DNA from: Candidatus Poseidoniaceae archaeon
GTDB taxonomy: Archaea > Thermoplasmatota > Poseidoniia > Poseidoniales > Poseidoniaceae
Length of the DNA: 64,000 nt
NCBI GenBank assembly: GCA_964218365.1
Contig: CAXPMI010000009.1
Coordinates: 3,632 to 67,631 of the forward strand
Direction: 5' to 3'
This document shows, piece after piece, positions 60,425 through 64,000 of the stretch. The notes beneath the pieces are model-generated. The model was not told where the DNA came from, searched no databases, and saw only the letters and a list, made by a program, of their open reading frames with translations. Position 1 is the first letter of the stretch. Each line of letters opens with the position of its first letter. The position numbers and the translations under genes were made by a program.

Positions 60425-63400
60425 TTACTCTACCACTCTTATTCGTGTTTCACACTGTGGGCAAGTGAATCTGAATGGTGGCTCGCTTCCCTCTGGAACT
60501 CCTAGTCTAGCCTCACAACTAGTGCATGTGACTTTGTTGTACTCGTCGATTCTGACCTCATTTGGTCCAAGCGGAATCTCTTCTTCGATTTCTTCCTCTT
60601 CTTCAATCTGGGCAGGCTTTCTGAAAAGTTTGATGTAAAGAAGCATAATTGCTGCAAGTGCCCACCCTGATGACAGCAAAATGATTGAATTCTTGTTATT
60701 CAGTTCAAGAATGCCCAAGTCCATGCCGTCAGGAGCAAGTTCTGGCCCTCCTACCTCTGCACGCAATTCAGGGGAAACATCTCTTACCGTTTGCCCGAGT
60801 AATTGGCTAGATGCATGAATGGTTAATTTGGCATCGAATCCATCGAGATTAAGCGGTGTGAGCATTAGTTTGAAGTCTTGACAGCCTTTGCTAGCCAACG
60901 AATATGTAGAGTTAATTCCGGTCTCTCCTACTCGGAAGAATACTCCGTCCATCTGTGGTTCGTTCTTCCCAATCAATTCTAGACTACCTTCAACAAATGT
61001 GTTAGCTTCATTGCAGATTGTTAGTGAGATTGTGTGTTGGTCTACACTTTCATCGAACACCAGATCATTTTCATCGAATGTAAATGAGATGACTTCCCCA
61101 CTCCATGAAGGTTCCACAGTGTAAGATTCGCTGAACGTTACAACCATGTCAGACCTAGATGCTGATGTTAATCTGAATTCTAACACCTTCATGCCAGCAG
61201 TCTCATCGATAGGAATTGTGCAAGACCAAGGTATTGGGCTTGAGGACATACTTGGTCCTAGTTCAATTTCAGCATCTGTTAAGCCACAATCAAGGTCAAC
61301 GGAATTAATTCTCATAGTATCTGTAGATGTTCCAAGATTTGTGATTATTACATTGCCACTAATAGTTTCACTCGGTTTGCCACTGTCTTTATCACTCAGT
61401 ACAGTGATTTGACCGTTTGCAATTGTTGGAATAATGCTGATCTGAAGCGAATCAGCAACAGTTGAGTCGGTAGCGCTAACAACTGATACAGTCATGTCAA
61501 TGCCAGATTCAGGTGCACCGGTTGCAACCTCTATCGTCGAGAGTGTAATTGTTCCTGATTCGCCAGAGGCAAGTGTTAGGGTTAATTTGTCTACACTGAT
61601 TGAGAAGAAATCACTCACTTGGCTATTGTTGATATCTGCAACAAAGGTTTGAGTTGATGTGCCGAGATTAGTTACCATCAAGGTTAGATTGGATTCACTT
61701 ACTGGTGAAGCAATAATTCTGTTTGAACCCGCATCTATTGATACTTCATTTCTGTCAGTAATTTGTAGGTCAAGTGTGATTGACTCGGTGACATATACTG
61801 CATCAAAGGTTACTGTGAAAGAGTTACTTGAGGGCTGTAGGGAACTTGCCGCTGACATTTGCAGTGTAACATCGGTTGATTCACCGGCCAATAGCGATAC
61901 TTCCTCGAGGCCGGATAGAACTGTAATGCCGTTAGGGAGTCCGATGATCGTAGTTGTGAAGTCTAGGTTTCTTGTTCCTTGATTTGATAGATTTAGAGAA
62001 ATTGAAGATTCTTCACCAGGAGTAATGATGATTCTGTTGTCAGATGGACCACTGATTGAGAACTCAGCGAATTCTCTTACCTCAAATATTCCGCTTTCAG
62101 TCACTGTTTCAGAACCGCTATTAGTTGATGACATGCTGAAGTTTAGCGTGATATCTCCAACAATTGATGAATCAATAGTAACTCCAACAACGATGTATTG
62201 TGACTCTCCCCTCTGTAGAGTAACAGGGTCAGGATTTGTGAATGTAATCCCCTCAGAATCGATACCAACTAGTGAGATTGTGTCCTCTTCAGTCCCGTTA
62301 TTTGTGACTGCCACGTTGAAGGTTTCTTCCGTTTCCACATCGAGGGTTATCATTGATGGAAGAACCATCGATAGACCCCATTCTTCACCGACGTAAACTG
62401 AAAACTCGTAAGTTTCCGTAATCGAAGAATCATGGTCCAAAACACCGTCAATTCTGACCTCGCATTCGTCATTGACGTGAGTGTTTACTCCTGCTGTAAC
62501 ATAGACCTCGATTTGGTAAACTTGTCCTTCCATAATGTTGCTCTGTAACTCCGATAATTCCGAAGAACAATCCCCTGCAACAACAGTCGATGTCCAAGTC
62601 CAATTGCCATCAGAAGTTGATAGGCTAGTTATATCCACTTCAGTGGTTGAACTTTCACCTGGAAGTAGCATGCCGAGGTTTGTGTGAGAAAACGATAAAT
62701 CATGGGTTGCACTAATATTGACAACAAGTGTTGTGTTCACCGAGAAGTTACCTAGAGAACTTGCGGCATATAACTTGAATCCGTAGTAACCCGGAGCAGC
62801 ATTAGAAGGAGTCGAAATAATCAGATTAGCTGTTCTGGTTTCTCCTGGATTCATTACCTCGATTAGGTCATCAACAAACCTTACTTCCCATCCATTTGGT
62901 ATAGAACGAGAGAATACACCATTGCTTCCATTTCCAGTGTTGTTTCCAGAGGTATTGTTGCCACCGGTGTTATTTCCGGACGTATTGTTGCCGCCGGTGT
63001 TATTTCCGGACGTATTGTTGCCGCCGGTGTTATTTCCGGACGTATTGTTGCCGCCGGTGTTGTTGCCAGACGTGTTGTTGCCACCTGAGTTGTTATTTCC
63101 AGAGTTGTTATTTCCTCCACTTGTCCAATTTGACCAAAATGCGACCAAATCAGGACTTTGGTCCACAGATAACAGAATAGTGTCATCGACATTTCCGTCG
63201 TTGGTTACTGAGATTGATAAATTCAAATCATCACCTGGTACAATGTTTACCAGTCCATTGTCGCCGGCAGAAGTTGCATCGATAGACGGAAGATATCTCG
63301 GCAGAACCGATAACTGAACATCGATCATGCTAGAAACGTTAGCATCTGGTTCTGTTACGGTGATTGTTAGTGTTCCTGAGTTACTTGGTAAAGCTGTAGT

Positions 63401-63700
63401 GGATAGTCTAATTGCAATTGTGGTAGTAGCGCTCAGAGTTGGTATTACATTGCTGACGTTCGAATCGGCAGGAATAACCTCCCACACGTTATCGAAACCT
63501 GAAACAGATATCGTGTAGGATTCTATTGCTGAGCCATTGTTATGGATTGTAAGCGTTAGATTTGTCGCCTCTCCAGGGGACATAATCACGTGACTAACAT
63601 CTGTTGAAAGACCGATAGAGGGGTGTGCGCTTGCCATCGGAACTAGAGGTGCAATGGCCATAATCATGACCAAAACTAGTGCGTTGAGTCTGCGCGTCAT
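60425..63700 (-). CDS. Surface protein with many CARDB/NEW3-like Ig domains, Asn/Gly/Thr low-complexity repeat, C-terminal TM and cytoplasmic zinc ribbon
   Basis: The signal peptide is 'MTRRLNALVLVMIMAIAPLVPMASAHP'. It has about 10 repeated Ig-like modules ('NPGETRTANLIISTPSNAAPGYYGFKLYAAS'). The low-complexity repeat is (GNNTSGNNTG)n. The TM is 'GWALAAIMLLYIKLF'. The tail is 'CTSCEARLGVPEGSEPPFRFTCPQCETRIRVVE'. Confidence 0.75.
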   Translation of the reverse strand: MTRRLNALVLVMIMAIAPLVPMASAHPSIGLSTDVSHVIMSPGEATNLTLTIHNNGSAIESYTISVSGFDNVWEVIPADSNVSNVIPTLSATTTIAIRLSTTALPSNSGTLTITVTEPDANVSSMIDVQLSVLPRYLPSIDATSAGDNGLVNIVPGDDLNLSISVTNDGNVDDTILLSVDQSPDLVAFWSNWTSGGNNNSGNNNSGGNNTSGNNTGGNNTSGNNTGGNNTSGNNTGGNNTSGNNTGGNNTSGNNTGNGSNGVFSRSIPNGWEVRFVDDLIEVMNPGETRTANLIISTPSNAAPGYYGFKLYAASSLGNFSVNTTLVVNISATHDLSFSHTNLGMLLPGESSTTEVDITSLSTSDGNWTWTSTVVAGDCSSELSELQSNIMEGQVYQIEVYVTAGVNTHVNDECEVRIDGVLDHDSSITETYEFSVYVGEEWGLSMVLPSMITLDVETEETFNVAVTNNGTEEDTISLVGIDSEGITFTNPDPVTLQRGESQYIVVGVTIDSSIVGDITLNFSMSSTNSGSETVTESGIFEVREFAEFSISGPSDNRIIITPGEESSISLNLSNQGTRNLDFTTTIIGLPNGITVLSGLEEVSLLAGESTDVTLQMSAASSLQPSSNSFTVTFDAVYVTESITLDLQITDRNEVSIDAGSNRIIASPVSESNLTLMVTNLGTSTQTFVADINNSQVSDFFSISVDKLTLTLASGESGTITLSTIEVATGAPESGIDMTVSVVSATDSTVADSLQISIIPTIANGQITVLSDKDSGKPSETISGNVIITNLGTSTDTMRINSVDLDCGLTDAEIELGPSMSSSPIPWSCTIPIDETAGMKVLEFRLTSASRSDMVVTFSESYTVEPSWSGEVISFTFDENDLVFDESVDQHTISLTICNEANTFVEGSLELIGKNEPQMDGVFFRVGETGINSTYSLASKGCQDFKLMLTPLNLDGFDAKLTIHASSQLLGQTVRDVSPELRAEVGGPELAPDGMDLGILELNNKNSIILLSSGWALAAIMLLYIKLFRKPAQIEEEEEIEEEIPLGPNEVRIDEYNKVTCTSCEARLGVPEGSEPPFRFTCPQCETRIRVVE
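62941..63090. repeat. 30-bp tandem repeat x5 (three perfect copies) inside the coding sequence
   Basis: The unit tatttccggacgtattgttgccgccggtgt is perfect at 62971-63000, 63001-63030 and 63031-63060. Degenerate copies flank it at 62941-62970 and 63061-63090. On the minus strand it encodes GNNTSGNNTG repeats. Confidence 0.9.
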
Positions 63701-63734
63701 GCATAATGCGACTCAATACTGACTTTTCATCCAA

Positions 63735-63751
63735 TCGGCCCTAAGGGCCGA
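63735..63751 (-). terminator. Short perfect hairpin between metK and the downstream surface-protein gene
   Basis: TCGGCCC-TAA-GGGCCGA lies 7 nt after the metK stop codon. Confidence 0.35.
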
Positions 63752-63757
63752 AGCAAG

Positions 63758-64000
63758 TTAGTTTCGAAGTGCGGATAATTTAGCCTCATCCAATTTTTCC
63801 CAAGGGAACTCTCCTTCGACACCAGGTGTTCTGCCAAAGTGGCCTCCTGCAGCCGTGACTGAGTAGATTGGACGGAGCAAATCCAATTCACTGGAAATGG
63901 ATTTAGGTGTAAAGTCAAAAATTGAATTCACTTTAGCTGTTAATTCTGTGTCAGACAAACTCGAAGTTCCAAAAGATTCTGCTCTGACGCTGACTGGTTT
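63758..64000 (-). CDS. metK: S-adenosylmethionine synthetase, bacterial/eukaryotic MetK type (3' end only)
   Basis: The frame is open to the window edge ('KPVSVRAESFGTSSLSDTEL..'). The C-terminal signature is 'LLRPIYSVTAAGGHFGR....FPWEKLD'. Confidence 0.8.
   Translation of the reverse strand, partial: KPVSVRAESFGTSSLSDTELTAKVNSIFDFTPKSISSELDLLRPIYSVTAAGGHFGRTPGVEGEFPWEKLDEAKLSALRN

Noticed and set aside
62941-63090. A possible CRISPR-like array of 30-bp direct repeats
   Set aside because: The repeats are directly adjacent with no spacers. They lie in frame inside a long ORF and encode a GNNTSGNNTG low-complexity linker. No cas genes are present.

Overview
This is a compact, moderately AT-rich archaeal chromosomal segment. 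Archaeal markers include TFB, the PolD small subunit, Pelota, GatD, membrane-bound LonB, ribosomal protein L40e, UPF0147, TrmI and two tRNAs with encoded CCA. I infer, without proof, an uncultured marine planktonic euryarchaeon such as Marine Group II/Poseidoniales. Roughly half of the 64 kb encodes very large, acidic, Thr/Asp-rich extracytoplasmic proteins, each with an N-terminal signal or anchor and a single C-terminal TM helix. The rest is housekeeping: fhs, pelota, purA, gatD, an acyl-CoA carboxyltransferase, an NfeD-flotillin operon, an aroE-like gene and a metK 3' end. Four things stand out. (1) A 14 kb ORF (4,674 aa) carries an internal amicyanin-like type-1 copper domain. After its TM anchor it ends in a complete archaeal type IV pilin module fused in frame. 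A stand-alone A24 prepilin peptidase lies 30 kb away. (2) A minus-strand three-gene cluster (40470-46410) encodes a two-TM protein whose ectodomain carries the signature motifs of the eukaryotic CD36/LIMP-2/SR-B family. It is followed by a membrane protein with two canonical EF-hands and a ~250-aa polyacidic tail, then a 680-aa cytoplasmic orphan. (3) One adhesin carries an extracytoplasmic thioredoxin (WCGPC) domain. (4) Another adhesin carries a cutinase/dienelactone-hydrolase-like domain with the nucleophile Ser replaced. I found no rRNA, CRISPR array, transposase or integrase. All functional calls come from motif recognition by eye. No database search was run.
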